A DNA stretch of 64,000 nucleotides, from positions 236,346,001 to 236,410,000 of the forward strand of contig NC_086097.1 of NCBI RefSeq assembly GCF_963921235.1, read 5' to 3'. The notes below the pieces were generated by a model. That model was not told the DNA's origin. It worked only from the letters and a program-made list of their open reading frames with translations, and ran no database searches. The position numbers and the translations under genes were made by a program. Of this stretch, positions 48,332-61,490 are shown one piece after another. Source of the DNA: Mobula hypostoma. Taxonomy: Eukaryota. Within the stretch, counting starts at the first letter, position 1. Each line of letters begins with the position of its first letter.

Positions 48332-49138
48332 CCCATCAAAACCCCCTGTCTGAATCCCTTCTCTGCCCCTTCCTCCTGAAGCCTTGCCCTGCAATATGTG
48401 TCTTGAGCCTTGCCCTGCAACCTGTATCTGGAACCGTCTCTTATGTCCACGCCTTCGCTAGGTAGGTCCGGCCGTTTGCCACTATTTAGTGTTGGAAACT
48501 GTCTCTTGTGTCCACACCTTCACTAGGTAGGTCTGGCCATTAGACACTACCTAGTGTTAGGAACCCTCTTGTCATGTTCAGCATTCTGTGTATGAGCCCT
48601 GGCCCTATGTCCTGTTCCCAAGGAGGGGTCCCGACTCTGTGTCCCATGTTCCTGTCACTCAAGTCCAAGGCTCCTTGTTCCCGTGCTCAAGACCAAAGCT
48701 CTGCATTCCTGTTCTCTCTCGACCAAGTCTCTGCGTTCCTGTCTCCCTCGACCAAGTCAAGGCTTTGTGTTCTCGTCCTGTGCAGGAGTTCCACATCCTG
48801 TCCTTGCCAAGATCCTTGTCCCGAGTCCTAGCCTAGACCTGAGTTCCGGTTCCGAGTCTAAGACCCAGGTTCTGGGTCCTTGTCCAGGTTCTGGTTCCAG
48901 AGTTACATGTCACTAGTCCAGGCTCCTTGTTCCTAGTTCCTTGTCCGGGTTCTGTGTTTCTTGACCATGTCCTTGCCCAGGCCCTGCATCCTAGTCTCAT
49001 CCAGGGCCTATGTCAATGTCCAGCATCCTTTCTTCCCCACTTCCCTTGCTTGCTTAAATCTAGTCCTAGTCCTGTTCCTAGTACTTCAGTGTCTGTGTCT
49101 TGCACTTGGGTCCGCTCCCAGCGCCCCCCGTTATGACA
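48332..49138 (+). mobile_element. LTR-like element, 5' end missing, inserted in CR1 ORF1
   Basis: Ends ...ttatgaCA. 3' part (cctagtacttcagtgtctgtg.cttg.acttgggtccg.tcccagc) is shared with 51809-52632. Confidence 0.7.
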
Positions 49139-50069
49139 AATGCATGGCTGAGAAACTGGTGCAGGGGGTAGAGCTTCAGGTTCTTGGATCATTGGTGTCA
49201 CTTCAGAGGGAGATATGACCTGTACAAAAGGAACGGATTGCACCTGAACTCAAGGGGGATCAATATTCTCATGGGGAGCTTTGTTAGAGCTGTTGGGGAG
49301 GGTTTAAACTAATTTGACAGAGGCATGCGAAATGGAATGAAGGGACTCGGGATAGGATGGATAGTGAAAAAGTAAAAATAGCATGCAATCAGATGGTCGG
49401 GAAGGGCAGGCAGATGATAGAACAAAATTTCAACCAGCAGGCTGACTCTCACTGCATTAAGAATACAGAATCAAAAAAGGTAGCAAATACAGAACTCAAA
49501 CTACAGAACTCAGCGTGTTATATCTCAATGCATGGAGTACAAGAAATAAGGTGGATGATATTGTTACACTTTTACTGATTGACAGGTATGATGTTGTGGC
49601 AATCACTAAATCGTGGCTGAAGGTTGGCTGTAGTTCACAGCTGAATGTCCAAGGTTACACATGGTATTGGAGGGATAGAAAGGTAGGCAGAGGAAGTGGT
49701 GTGCCACTGCTGGTAAAGAATGGTGTCAGAACATTAGAAAGTTATGGCATAGGATCAGAAGATGTTGAATACTTCTGGGTTGAGTTAGTTAAGAGACTAC
49801 AAGGGTAAAAGGACACTGATAGCAGATATATACAGACCTCCAAGCAGGAGCTGGGAAGTGAACCACAGATTGCAACGGGAAATAAAAAAGGTGTGTCAGA
49901 AGGGCAATGTTTACTCATGGGAGATTTCAACACGCAGGTAGATTGGGAAAAGTAGGTTGGTAATGGATCTAAAGAGAGTAAATTTTTTGAATGCTTACTA
50001 AATGGCTTTTTAGAGCAGTTTGTCATTGAGCCTACTGGGGGTCAGCTATACCAGATTGGGTGTTATGTA

Positions 50070-50217
50070 GCTTAGACAATGGAGCTTAGAAAAACAAAGG
50101 GTTATGCGCTAGGGAAATTCTCGGCAGTTTCTAGAGTAGGTTACATGGTCGGCACAATGTTTTGGGCCGAAGGGCCTGTAAGGTGCTGTAGATTTCTGCC
50201 TTCAGTGTTCTATCCTC
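50070..50217 (+). mobile_element. Short CR1 3' end inserted into CR1 ORF2
   Basis: tatgta duplicated at both junctions, with the CR1 3' UTR motif gggccgaagggcctgta. Confidence 0.75.
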
Positions 50218-51808
50218 TATGTAATGAACCGGAGGTGACTAGGGAGCTTAAGGTAAAGGAAACTTAGGAGACAGTGATCACAATATGATTGAGTTCAACT
50301 TGAAACCTGATGGGGAGAAAGTAGTCTGACATGACAGTATTTCAGTGGAGTAAAGGACATTACAGTGGTATGAGAGAGGAGTTGGCCAAAGTAAATTGGA
50401 GGGAGATGCTGGCAGAGACGACAGCAGAGCAGTAATGCCTGGGAAAAATGAAGAAGGTGCAGGATAGATGTATTCCAAAAACAAAGGAATACTCAAATGA
50501 CAAAATAATACAACCAAGGCAGACAAGGCAAGTCAAAGCCTATGTAAAAACAAAGCAGAGGGCATACAACAAGCCAAAAATTAACGGGAAGATGGAGGAT
50601 TGGGAAGCTTTTTAAAGTCTGCAGATAGTAACTAAAAGAATAATTATGAGAAAAAAGATGAAATACGAAAGCAAGCTAGCAAACAATACAAAGGTGGATA
50701 GAAAAATTTTTTTCAAGTCAATCAAAAATAAAAGAGGGATGAGAGTAGATATAGGACCAGTAGAAAATGAGGCTGGAGAAACAATAATGGGATCAAGGAA
50801 ATGGCAGATGAACTAAACGTGCATTTTGCATCAGTCTTCATTGTGGAAGACACCAGCAGTGTGCCAGATATTGTAGTGTGTGAAGGAACAGAGTGAGTTG
50901 CGTTACTGTTACAAGGGAGAAGATGCTCAAAAAACTGAAAGACCTAAAGTTACATTAGTCACTTTAGTCACCCAGACCAAATGAACTGCACACTAGGGTT
51001 CTGAAAGAGGTAGCAGTAGAGATTGTAGTGGAATTAGAAATGATCTTTGAAGAATCATTGGACTCTGGCATGGTTCTGGAGGACTGGAAAATTGCAAATG
51101 TCACTCCACTCTTTAAAAAAGGAGGGAGCAGAAGAAAGGATATTATAGACCAGTTTGCTAACCTCTGTAGTTGGGAAGATATTGGGGTCAATTGCTAATG
51201 ATGAGGTTATGAAGTACTTGGTGACCCAGGACAAGATAGAACTAAGTCAGCATAGTTTCCTTAAGGGAAAATCTTGCCTGACAAACATGCTGGAAGTCTT
51301 TGAAGAGATTACAAGTAGGATAGATAAACAGGATGCAGTGGATGATACATATTTGGATTTTCAGAAGATATTACAGGAAAAGTTATGAGCATGCTTAGAG
51401 CATTGGCTGATTGGTAGAAGGCAGTGAGCGGGAATAAAAGGATGCTTTTCTGTTTGACTGCCAGTGAACTATGGTGTTCCGCTGGGATCAGTGTTGGGAC
51501 TGCTTCTTTTTATGCTGTGTATAAATGATTGAGATGATGGAACAGATAGCTTTGTTGCAAGTTTGCAGAGGATACGAAGATTGGTGTAGGAACAAGTAAT
51601 GTTGAGGGAACAGGAAGGCTGCAGAAGGACAGAAAAAGATTAGGGGAATGGGCAAGAAAGCGATAAATGAAATTTAATATTGGAAAATGCATGGTCATGC
51701 ATTTTGGTAGAAGAAATAAATATGCAGACAATTTTCTAAATGTGGAGAATACCCAAAGATTTGAGAAACAAAGCTACTTGGGATTCATTGTGCAGAACAC
51801 CCTCAAGG

Positions 51809-52632
51809 TGTCATAGTCCGGTCCGTGAAGTCCGTATTCTGGTTCACAGTCCGGTCCATCGACCCTTGCTCCAGGTTTTCCTATCTACCCTGTTTCTATT
51901 CTTGTTGAGCTAATTGATGCAGCTGATGCTCACTGGGGCTGGCTGCATAAATATCTTCAGAGACGCAGGCATGGCTGCTGGATTGCTCTTGTCCTTACTC
52001 CTTGTATCCCTTCTCTGGCCTTCTATTTCCTCGCCTGAAGCCCTGCCTTGTCTAGCCAGTAACTCTTGCCTCGCCTGAAGTTCTTGTCTTGCCTTGCTTT
52101 GCCAGTAGCCTTGCATTGTCTTGCTGTCTGGTCCTAGAGCCACCCTGTACCTAGCTCGCTTCCTGTTCCTTGCCTCCACCCATGTAAGCTAGGCCGTCTT
52201 GCCATTACCTGGAGATGGTTCTGTCCCTTCCTGTCCCTTGCCTCTGCCCAGGTAAGCCAGGCCATCTTGCTGTTACCTGGGGTTGGTTCTGTCCCTTCCT
52301 GTCCCAAGTCTCTAGCCTCTAGCTTCTTGCCAAGTCTCTAGCCTCTAGCCTCAACCTTCAAGCCTATAGATTCCTGCCTCATCCTGCCTGCCAAGCCTTG
52401 TCCTTACCTAGTTCTGGGGTCCGAGCCAGAGGCAAGACCCAGGTACTGGGTCCTTGTCCAGTCTCTGGCTCGGAGTCCAAGCCCGGGCTCCTAGCTCTCT
52501 TGTTCAGTCCTGTTCCAGGTTCCTGGTTTTCCTGTCCATGTCCTTGCCATCGCCCTGTATCCTAGTCCTGTCCCTAGTACTTCAGTGTCTGTGACTTGTA
52601 CTTGGGTCCGTTCCCAGCCATGCCTTACGACA
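51809..52632 (+). mobile_element. Solo LTR (Gypsy or BEL-like), 824 bp
   Basis: TGTCATAG...TTACGACA termini. 5-bp TSD caagg (51804-51808 and 52633-52637). Removing it restores the CR1 sequence. Confidence 0.88.
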
Positions 52633-53302
52633 CAAGGTTATCTTGCAGGTTGAGTCAGTGAGGAAGGCAAATGCAATGTTAGCATTCATTTCAAGAGGTC
52701 TTGAATACAAGAGCAGGGAAGTGATGCTGAGGCTTTATAAGGTACTGACTGAGGCTTCACCTTGCCTTAAGTATTGTGAACAATTTTGGGCTCATTATCT
52801 AAGAAAGGATGTGCTGACGTTGGAGAGGGCTCAGAGGAGGTTTATAAGGATGATTCTTGGAATAAAATGGGTATCATATGAGGAATGTCTGATGGCTCTG
52901 GACCTGTACTCACTGGAATTTTGAAGGCTGGGGGGGTATCTCATTGAAACTTTTCAAAAGTTGAAAGGCTGAGACAGAGTAGATGTGGAAAGGATGTTTT
53001 CCATGGTGTGGGAGTCTAGGACAAGAGAGCACGTCCTCAGGATAAAGGGACATCCATTTAAAACAGAGATGCGGAGGAATTACTGTAGCCAGAGGGTGGT
53101 GAATTTGTGGAATTTGTTACCATATGCGACTGTGGAGGCCAGATCGTTGGGTGTTAGATCCTTGGCATCAAATGTTATGGGGAGAAAGTCAGGGAGTAGG
53201 TCTGAGGAGGGGAAAGAAAAAGGTCCAGCCATGGTTGAATGGCAGAACAGACTTGATGGGCCAAATGGCCTGATTCTGCTCCTATGTCTTATGGTCTTAA
53301 TA

Positions 53303-53759
53303 CAAATATCTAATCAGCCTATCATGTGGCAACAATTCAATACCAGAAACATGGAGACATGGTGAAGAGGTTCAGCTGTTGTTCAGACCAAACATCAGAC
53401 GGGGAAGAAATGTAATCTAAATGACTTTGAAAGTGAAGTGATTGTTTGTGCCAGATGAGATGGTTTGAGTAGCTCATAAACTGCTGATCGCCTGAGATTT
53501 TGGTGCATGACAGTCTCTAAAACTTACAGAGGATGGCGCAAAAAACAAAAAAAAATCCAGTGAGTGGGTGAAAATTTGTTGATGAGAGACATCAGAGGAG
53601 AAAAGTGACTGGAATTCAAATGACCACACATTATAACATTGGGCGTTGAAGAGCATTTTTAAATACACAACATGTCGACCCCTGCAGTGGATGGGATTCA
53701 GCAGCAGAAGACCACACCAAGGTCTTCTCCTGTACATAACAAAGTGGCCACTAAGTGTA
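53303..53759 (+). mobile_element. Tc1-like transposon relic (N-terminal HTH region and right TIR)
   Basis: GKKCNLNDFESEVIVCAR*DGLSSS*TADRL matches the Tc1 N-terminus. Ends aaagtggccactaagtg|TA. Confidence 0.85.
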
Positions 53760-54991
53760 TATGATGAACAGGAACCTGTCAAATCCAGTGTGTGGCAAAT
53801 AACAGAACTTTGCTGTATTTAACTCGCATTTTCAAACTGCTGTTCAAATAGAGAATTCGATTAAACAATGCTGATGGTTTTTTCAGAAAGCAAAGCTGTT
53901 GAAGGACAGTTATGCCAGTCTCTAAGCACCTTCAGCTGTTTCAATAATCTTGCTTTCATCATAATTTCAGAAATGGGGCTGTTAGATGGTAATTGTGGAA
54001 GCCCCAGCAATTGAAGTAGCTAATATTGAATGCAGCAAAATCCTGACAGCATTCAGAAATGAGAGGATAAGTGACAAGAACGTGGATGATATGTGATGGA
54101 ATGCAGTTGGATGATGTGTCGGCAGACCAGCAAGGGCATTTGCTGGTGGCATCAGCAGATTCTGGGATCGGATTTCCACATGGGCAGGAGGAACGAGGGC
54201 TGATGAACCCTCAGATGAGTGATTGTTGAGAACGGAGGTTGAGGCTGGATCATCGGCAAGTCTGAGGTTCGAGCCCTGGACTCAGAATCCTCATCCAGGG
54301 TCCTCATTAATCGTGGTCAACACCAAAGATCGAAGCCCGAGGCCTGGGTCTGCAAGTCTCTGCGAATCTTCTGAGTAAATCGTAGCCCAATATCAGCAAA
54401 CTCACGAGCCTACTGGAGGCTGGAGGCCAGAAACCATCTGCCCTGGGATTGGAAGTAGATTTTTGGAACAGGATTAGCTTTGCTGCTGTTGTTTTACTGC
54501 TTGTTGTGTTCTGTTTCGTTGTGCTCAATGTTGCTCTGCTGAGCAATGTGGGCATGCTACGTTGGGGCTGCAATACGTGGAGATAGCTGCCGGTTGCCCC
54601 CAGCACATCCTTTGGTGTGTTGGTTGTTAGCACAAATGACGCATTTCACACTATGCTTCAATGTGCATGTAATAAATCAATGTGCATGGGAATCTGTTGA
54701 ATGTCATCCCTCAAAAATACCAGGCAATGACCACCTTCAACGAAAGACAGATGTGAGCAGTAATAGAGCTTTGACCAGTGGCCAATCCGGATTTCAGAAT
54801 TTCCAAGAGGAGGGGACTACCGTCAGATCCACTGCCTGATGATAAAAGGCAGGAGCGGTCACGACAGCATAACAGAGCTTTGTACAGTGGTCACTCAGCA
54901 GTTGGGATTGATTAGTAAAAGTAAATTAAAGGAAGGCGGGGCAAGTGCAGCAGCCGTCAACATAGACAGAGTGGTTATCTTAAGGCTTTGT

Positions 54992-55300
54992 GGGCACGTG
55001 GCCAAGTGGTTAAGGCATTCGACTAGCGATCTGAAGGTCATTAGTTCGAGCCCCAACCGAGGCAATGTGTTGTGTTTTTAAGCAAGGCACTTAATCACAC
55101 AGTGCTCTGCGACGACACTGGTGCCAAGCTGTGTGGGTCCTAATGCCCTTCCCTTGGACAACATCAGTGTTGTGGAGAGGGGAGACTTGCAGAATGGGCA
55201 ACTGCTGGTCTTCCATACAACCTTGCCCAGGCCTGCGCCCTGGAGAGTGAAGAACTTCCAGGAGCAGATCCATGGTCTCGCAAGACTAACGGATGCCTTA
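54992..55300 (+). mobile_element. tRNA-derived SINE
   Basis: A box TGGCCAAGTGG and B box AGTTCGAGCC in the head gggcacgtggccaagtggttaaggc..., followed by about 230 bp of body. Confidence 0.85.
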
Positions 55301-56950
55301 GCTCTACAAGGCTTCCACGAAGAGAGGCTTCACTCAGAGAAAGCAAAGGAAGAAAAGCTTTTCCTTCTCTTCCTTATATCTGCTCAGCTAAGTCAGTGGA
55401 GATGTCATGCAGGATAGTGCAATGTTCCTCTTGCAGGATGTGGGAAGGCAGGGAGAGCCCCTGTGTCCATGAACACTAAAACTGTGAGAGATGCATCCAG
55501 CTGTAGCTTCTAATAAACTGCGTTAAAGGGTTGGAGCTGGAACTGGGTTCAGTTCCAGATCATTCGGGAGGCAGAAGGGGTGATAGATCAGACATGTAGA
55601 GAGGAAGCTACATCCAAGCTGCAGGACACAGGAAACTGGGTGACAGTCAGGAAGGGGAAAGGGGTTAAGGAGCCAGTGGTCATCATCCTCAACAACAAGT
55701 ATATCATTTTGGATACTGTCAGGGAGGGGAATGACCTAACAAGAAAGGACTCTGGCACAGAGTCTTCCTTTGGACTCAGAAGGGAAGTGGGGGGGGGGGG
55801 GGGAAGAAGAGGAATGTCCTGGTGATGGGGTATTTCGCAGTTAGGGAAATGGACAGAACGTTCTGTGGGCAGGAATGAGATTCCCAGATGGTATGTTACC
55901 TCCCGAGTGCAAGGGTCTGGGATATCTGCGATCGAGTTCTCAGCATTCTTAGGTGAGAGGATGAACAGTCAGAAGTCGTGGTCCATGTAGGTATGGGTAA
56001 GATGAGGGGCAAGGTTCTGCATAGGGAGCTCAGTGAGTTAGGTACTAAGTTAAAGGGTTGTGACCTCAGGATTGCTACCTGTGCTACCTGCTAGAGCTGG
56101 GAAGGTTATACAGTATAATACGTGGCTAAGGAGTTCATGTAGGAAGGAGGGCAAAAGATTTTTGAATCATTGGGTGCTTTTCCAGGGAAGGTGGGACGTG
56201 TACAGAAGGCACGGTTTGGAGTGGGATAATTATCCAAGTGGGAATGTCTGTTAATGCTGCACAGTGAGGTTTAAATTAGAGTTGCAGAGGGATGAGAATC
56301 AGAGGGCCAGAACAGTTAGTGGAGAGGTTGTGGAGGCAGATGTTAGTAAGGCCTCAGGCAAAGTCAGGTATCAAAAGGTTGAGCATGGTGTGATAAAATT
56401 GAAAGGGGTGAATACAGGACTGAAGGTTTTGTATCTGAATGCATGCAGTATATGTAATAAGGGAGGTGAATTTGTAGCACAGTTGTAGATTAGCAAGTAT
56501 GATGTTATAGGCATCACTGAATCATGACTGAAAGATTATAGCTAGGAGCTAAATGTCCAAAGATACACATTGTATCGAAATAGGCAGAAAGACAAAGGAA
56601 GTGGTATTGCTCTGTTGGTAAAAAAAAATGAAATCAACTTTTTAGAAAGAGGTGACATAGGGATGGAAGCTGTTGAATCATTGTCGATAGAGCTAAGGAA
56701 CTGCAAGGGTATAAGGACCCTAACGGGAGCTGCGTACAGATGCTCAAACAGTAGTAAGGATGTGGCCTACAAATTACAATGGGAGATAGAAAATGCATGC
56801 CAAATGGGCAATGTTACAATAGTCATAGAGGACATCAATATGCAGATAAATTTGGAAAATCAGGTTGGTACTGGATTACAGGAGGGAATTTATAGAGTAC
56901 CTACAAGAGGGTTCCTTAGACGAACCTGTGGTTGAGCCCATTAGAGGATC

Positions 56951-57419
56951 ATGGCAGGACTTTCATATGATGAAAGACTGGATTGGCTAGGTTTATACTC
57001 GTTGGAATTTGGAAGATTGAGGGGGGATCTTATTGAAAAGTATAAAATCCTAAAGGGATTGGACAGGCTAGATGCAGGAAGATTGTTCCTGATGTTGGGG
57101 AAGTCCAGAAGGAGGGGTCACAGTTTGAGGATAACGGGGAAGCCTTTTAGGACCGAGATGAGGAAAAACTTCTTCACACAGAGAGTGGTGAATCTGTGGA
57201 ATTCTCTGCCACAGGAAACAGTTGAGGCCAGTTCACTGGCTATATTTAAGAGGGAGTTAGATATGGCCCTTGTGGCTAAAGGGATCAGGGGGTATGGAGA
57301 GAAGGCAGGTACAGGGTTCTGAGTTGGATGATCAGCCATGATCATACTGAATGGCGGTGCAGGCTCGAAGGGCCGAATGGCCTACTCCTGCACCTATTTT
57401 CTACGTTTCTATGTTTCTA
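56951..57419 (+). mobile_element. Young CR1 3' end inserted in the older CR1
   Basis: ORF 56951..57322 and a (TTTCTATG) tail. atca at both junctions. Confidence 0.92.
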
Positions 57420-59876
57420 TCAGTTATTCTGGATTGGGTGTTGTGCAATGAACCAGAATTGATTAGAGAGCTGAAGGTAAAAGAACCCTTAGGGGTAAGT
57501 GATCATAATATAATCGAATTTACCCTGAATTTCGAGGTGGAGAAGATAAAGTCAGATGTATCAGTATTCCAGTGGAATAGGGGGAATTATAGAGGCATGA
57601 GAAAGGAGTGGGCCAAAATTGATTGAAAAAGAGCACTGGCAGGAATGGCAGCAGAGATTGCTGGAATTTCTGGAAGCAATTCGGGAGGCACAGGATATAT
57701 ACATCCAAAGAAGAAGAATACGAAAGGAAAGATGACACAACCGCAGCTAACAAGAGAAGTCAAGACCAATATAAAAGCGAAAGAGAGGCCATATAATACA
57801 GCAAAAATTAGTAGGAAGTTAGAGGATTGGGAAGCTTTTAAAAATAAACAGAAGGCAACAAACAAAGTCATTAAGGTAAAGATGGAATACAAAAGTAAGC
57901 TAGCCAATAATATTAAAGAGGGTACCAAAAGTTTCTTCAAATGCATTAAAGTGTAAAAGAGGCGAAAGTGGATATTGGACTACTGGAAAACGATGCTAGA
58001 GAGATAGTAATGGGGGCCAATGACATGTCAGATGAACTGAATAAATATTTTGCATTAGTCTTCACTGTGGAAGACATTAGCAGCATGGTGGAAGTTCCAG
58101 ATGTCAGGGGGCATGAAGTGTATGAAGTTACCATAACTAGACAGATGGTTCTTGGGAAACTGAAAGGTCTGAAGTTAAAAAATCACCTGGACCAGATGGT
58201 GTACACTGCAGAGTTCTGAAATAAGTAGCTGAAGAGATTATGGAGACATTCGTAATGATCTTTCATGAATTACAAGATTCTGAAATGGTTCTGGAAAACT
58301 GGAAAATTGCAAATGTCACTCCATTCTTGAAGAAGGGAGAGAGGTAGAAGAAGGGAAACTATAGGCCAGTTAGTTTGACCTCAATGGTTGGGAAGATGTT
58401 GGAGTGGATTATTAAGGATGTGGTTTCAGGGTACTTGGAGGCACATGATAAAATAAGGCAAGGGAAAATCTTGCCTAAGAAATCTGTTAGAATTCTTTGA
58501 AAAAGTAACAAGTGGGATAGACATAGAAGAATGTCTTGATGTTGTGTACTTGGATTTTCAGAAGGCTTTTGACAAGGTGCAGCACATGAGGCTGCTTAAC
58601 AAGTTATTAACCATGGTATTAAAGGAAGGAATCATGGACAAACTGTGACAGATTGGCAGGAGGCAACGAATGGGATGAATGGAGCCTTTTCTGGTTGACC
58701 GCCCATGTCTTGTGGTGTCCCACAGGTATCTGTGTTGGGACCAATTCTTTTTAGGTTATTTGCCAATGATTTAGATGATAGAATTGATGGCCTTGTTGCA
58801 AAGTTTGCAGACGATATGAAGAAACTGGAGCAGTAGGTAGTTTTGAGAAAGTAAAGAGACTACAGAAGAACAGACAGATTAGGAGAATGGGCAAAGAGAT
58901 AGCAGATGGAATACACTGCTGGGAAGTGCATGGTCTGGTTATGCACTTTCATAGAAGAAATGAAAGGGTTGACTACTTTCTAAATGGAGAGAAAATCCAA
59001 AAATCTGAGGTGCAGAGGAGTCCCTGTGCAGGATTCCCTAAAGGTTAATTTGCAGATTGAGTCTGTGATGAAGAAGACAAATGCAATGTTAGTATTAATT
59101 TCAAGAGGACTAGAATACAAAAGCAAGGATGTAATGTTAGGAATTTATAAAGCACTGGTGAGGCCGCATTTGGAGTATTGTGAGTAGGTTTGGACTCCTT
59201 ACCTTAGAAAACGTGCTGAAACTGGAGAGTGTTCGAAGCAGGTTCATGAAGAGGATTCTAGGATTGAATGGTTTTCCATATGAAGAGAGTTTGATGACCC
59301 TAGGTCTGTATTCACTAGAATACAAAAGAATGAGGGGTGAGCTAATTGAAACCTATCGAATGGTGCCTTGATAGAGTGGATGGGGAGAAGGTGTTTCCTA
59401 TGGTGGGATAGTCTCAGACCAGAGGACACAGACTCAGAATAAAGGGGTGTCCTTTAGAATGGCAAAATGGAGGAATTTATTTAGCCAGAGAGTGGTGAAT
59501 CTTTAGAATTCTTTGCCACAGGCAGCCATGGAGACCAAGTGTTTATGTATATTTAAGGCAGAGGTTCATAGATTCTTGACTGATCAGGGCATGAAGGGAT
59601 ATGGGGAGAAGTCAGGAGATTGGAATGAGAGCAAAATTGGATAAGCCATGATGAAATTGTGAAGCAGACTGGATGGGCCAAATGGCCTAATTCTGCTTCT
59701 ATATCTTATAGTCTTAATGCTGCTCAGTGACTGTAGTCTTTACCAACAAAATATACATTGCAAAATTAATGTGTAATGTAGGTGCAAGATGAGGCAAGTT
59801 GAGTTTTTTTTATATTTGTTATTCTAACACATATTGCTTTTTATGATTATATCTTTCACTTCCACAAAACAACATA

Positions 59877-61490
59877 CAGGTGTCCTCCGCTTTTCGAACG
59901 TTTCCTTTACAAAACCTCACTGTTACGAAAGACCTACATTAGTTCCCTGTTTTCGCTAACAGAAGGTGTTTTCACTGTTACGAAAAAAGGCAGCGCGCGA
60001 AAAAAATCAGCGCACGCCCCGAGCAGCCGCTCTCCCCCCGGATTCAGAACTGCATTCTAACTGGCATTGCCTAAACACGTGCCTGTGAACATCCATTTTC
60101 AAGATGAGTTCTAAGGTATCGGAAAAGCCTGAAAGAGCTCGTAAGGGTGTTACACTTAGTGTAAAACTAGACATAATTAAGTGTTTGGATCATTGTGAAC
60201 GAAGTAAGGACAAAGTGAGTTTGGCTTGTGGAAGTTGACGAAGATGATGACCAAGAACTGATAAAGAGCTGATGCAATTGGAAGAGGAAAGGATAACAAT
60301 CAAAACCAAATGCAGTAGTGAATGGACTGAAGGTGACTGCGTGAGATTTTCGCTGCAATGATAAAGTACGACTTTAATTTTGAAAGGGTACGTCGGTTTA
60401 GGGCATATTTGCAAGATGGTTTGAGTGCTTACAAAGAACTGTATGATAGGAAAATGCGCGAGGCTCAGCAGTCAAGCATACTGTCGTTTTTCAAGTCTTC
60501 CACATCAGCCACAGCAGATGACGAACCTGAACCTTCAACATCGAGGCGGGCAGTCATAGGAGAAGATGAGCTGCCTGCCCTAAAGGAAACAGACAACGAT
60601 GAGATGACATCCCAGTGTCCCACCACCCCAACCTCCAGGCCGCGGACAGATACCGATTCGTGGAGAATGCAGTGGTAGCCGGGAGGCACACAGCACATCT
60701 TTAAGAAAAAAAGCCGAAATAAACATGCTAGTTAATTAGGTGCCAGCCGGCACGTAAATGTCGGCCCAGATCAGAGGCGACGCAATCGGTAATCGCCTCT
60801 GGTCTGGGTCGACAATTACGTGCCGGGTGGCACCTAATTAATTAGCATGTTTATTTCGACTTTTTTCTTGAAGATGTATTGGATACCTCCCGGCTACCGC
60901 TGTACCCCTGCATGCTTCACGGATCGGTATCGGTTCGCTGCCCAGAGGGTGGGGGCCTCTGCACCACCCCAACCTCCGACGACTCAGCCTAATACACCAT
61001 CATCCGTGTGCTCTGCGTTGTCTTCCCGATTCCCGTAAGTGATACTACCCTGTACATACATTATTTCTAGTTTATATAGGCTGTGTATTTTTACATATTA
61101 TTTGGTAAGATTTGGCAGCTTCATAGCTTAAAGGTTGCTGGAGAGAGTGTTTTTGCCAACAGCGCTTGCGTGAGATTTTCAGCCGAGAACGCTTGCGCCC
61201 TGTTTTTGTCGACGGCGCTTGCGTGAGATTTTCGCTACGGTGGACAGTGCAGGCAATAATTATGGAAAAGTATTTCTACTTCATAAAGGCTTTGTATTTA
61301 TCATATCATTCCTGCTTTTACTATATGTTAAACTGTTATTTTAGGTTTTGTGTTATTTGGCAAGATTTGGTAGGTTATTTTTGGATCTGCGAACGCTCAC
61401 AAAATTTTCCCATATAAATAAATGGCAATTGCTTCTTCGCTTTACGACATTCCGGCTTACGAACTGTTTCATAGGAACGCTCTACCTTTT
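59877..61490 (+). mobile_element. Internally deleted Tigger/pogo transposon
   Basis: TA|CAGGTGTCCTCCG left end. MSSKVSEKPERARKGVTLSVKLDIIK (CENP-B-like HTH start, 60104) is joined to the C-terminal YDFNFERVRRFRAYLQDGLSAYKELYDRKMREAQQSSILSFFK. DDE domain and outermost right TIR absent. Confidence 0.9.
60625..60957. repeat. Long imperfect palindrome (about 155-165-bp arms, 12-nt loop at 60781-60792)
   Basis: For example gaaataaacatgctagttaattaggtgcca pairs with tggcacctaattaattagcatgtttatttc. Confidence 0.95.

Larger units (their letters stand above)
47280..53300 (+). mobile_element. Near-full-length older CR1 with nested insertions
   Basis: ORF1 (VVIGDSIV, CLPGARA, VHIGT) and ORF2 (LYLNAWS, YDVVAIT, GKSCLTNM, KFAEDTK, LKYCEQFW), with a tcttatggtctta tail. 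Confidence 0.9.
54780..59716 (+). mobile_element. Near-full-length older CR1 with nested SINE and young CR1 end
   Basis: ORF1 remnants (CSSCRMWE near 55420, WVTVRKGKG) and ORF2 remnants (LKVLYLNACSI, SDHNII, DFQKAFDKV, KFADDMK, RPHLEYC). Confidence 0.9.

Noticed and set aside
54992..55062. Possible tRNA gene
   Set aside because: The acceptor stem does not close and the head runs into a SINE body.
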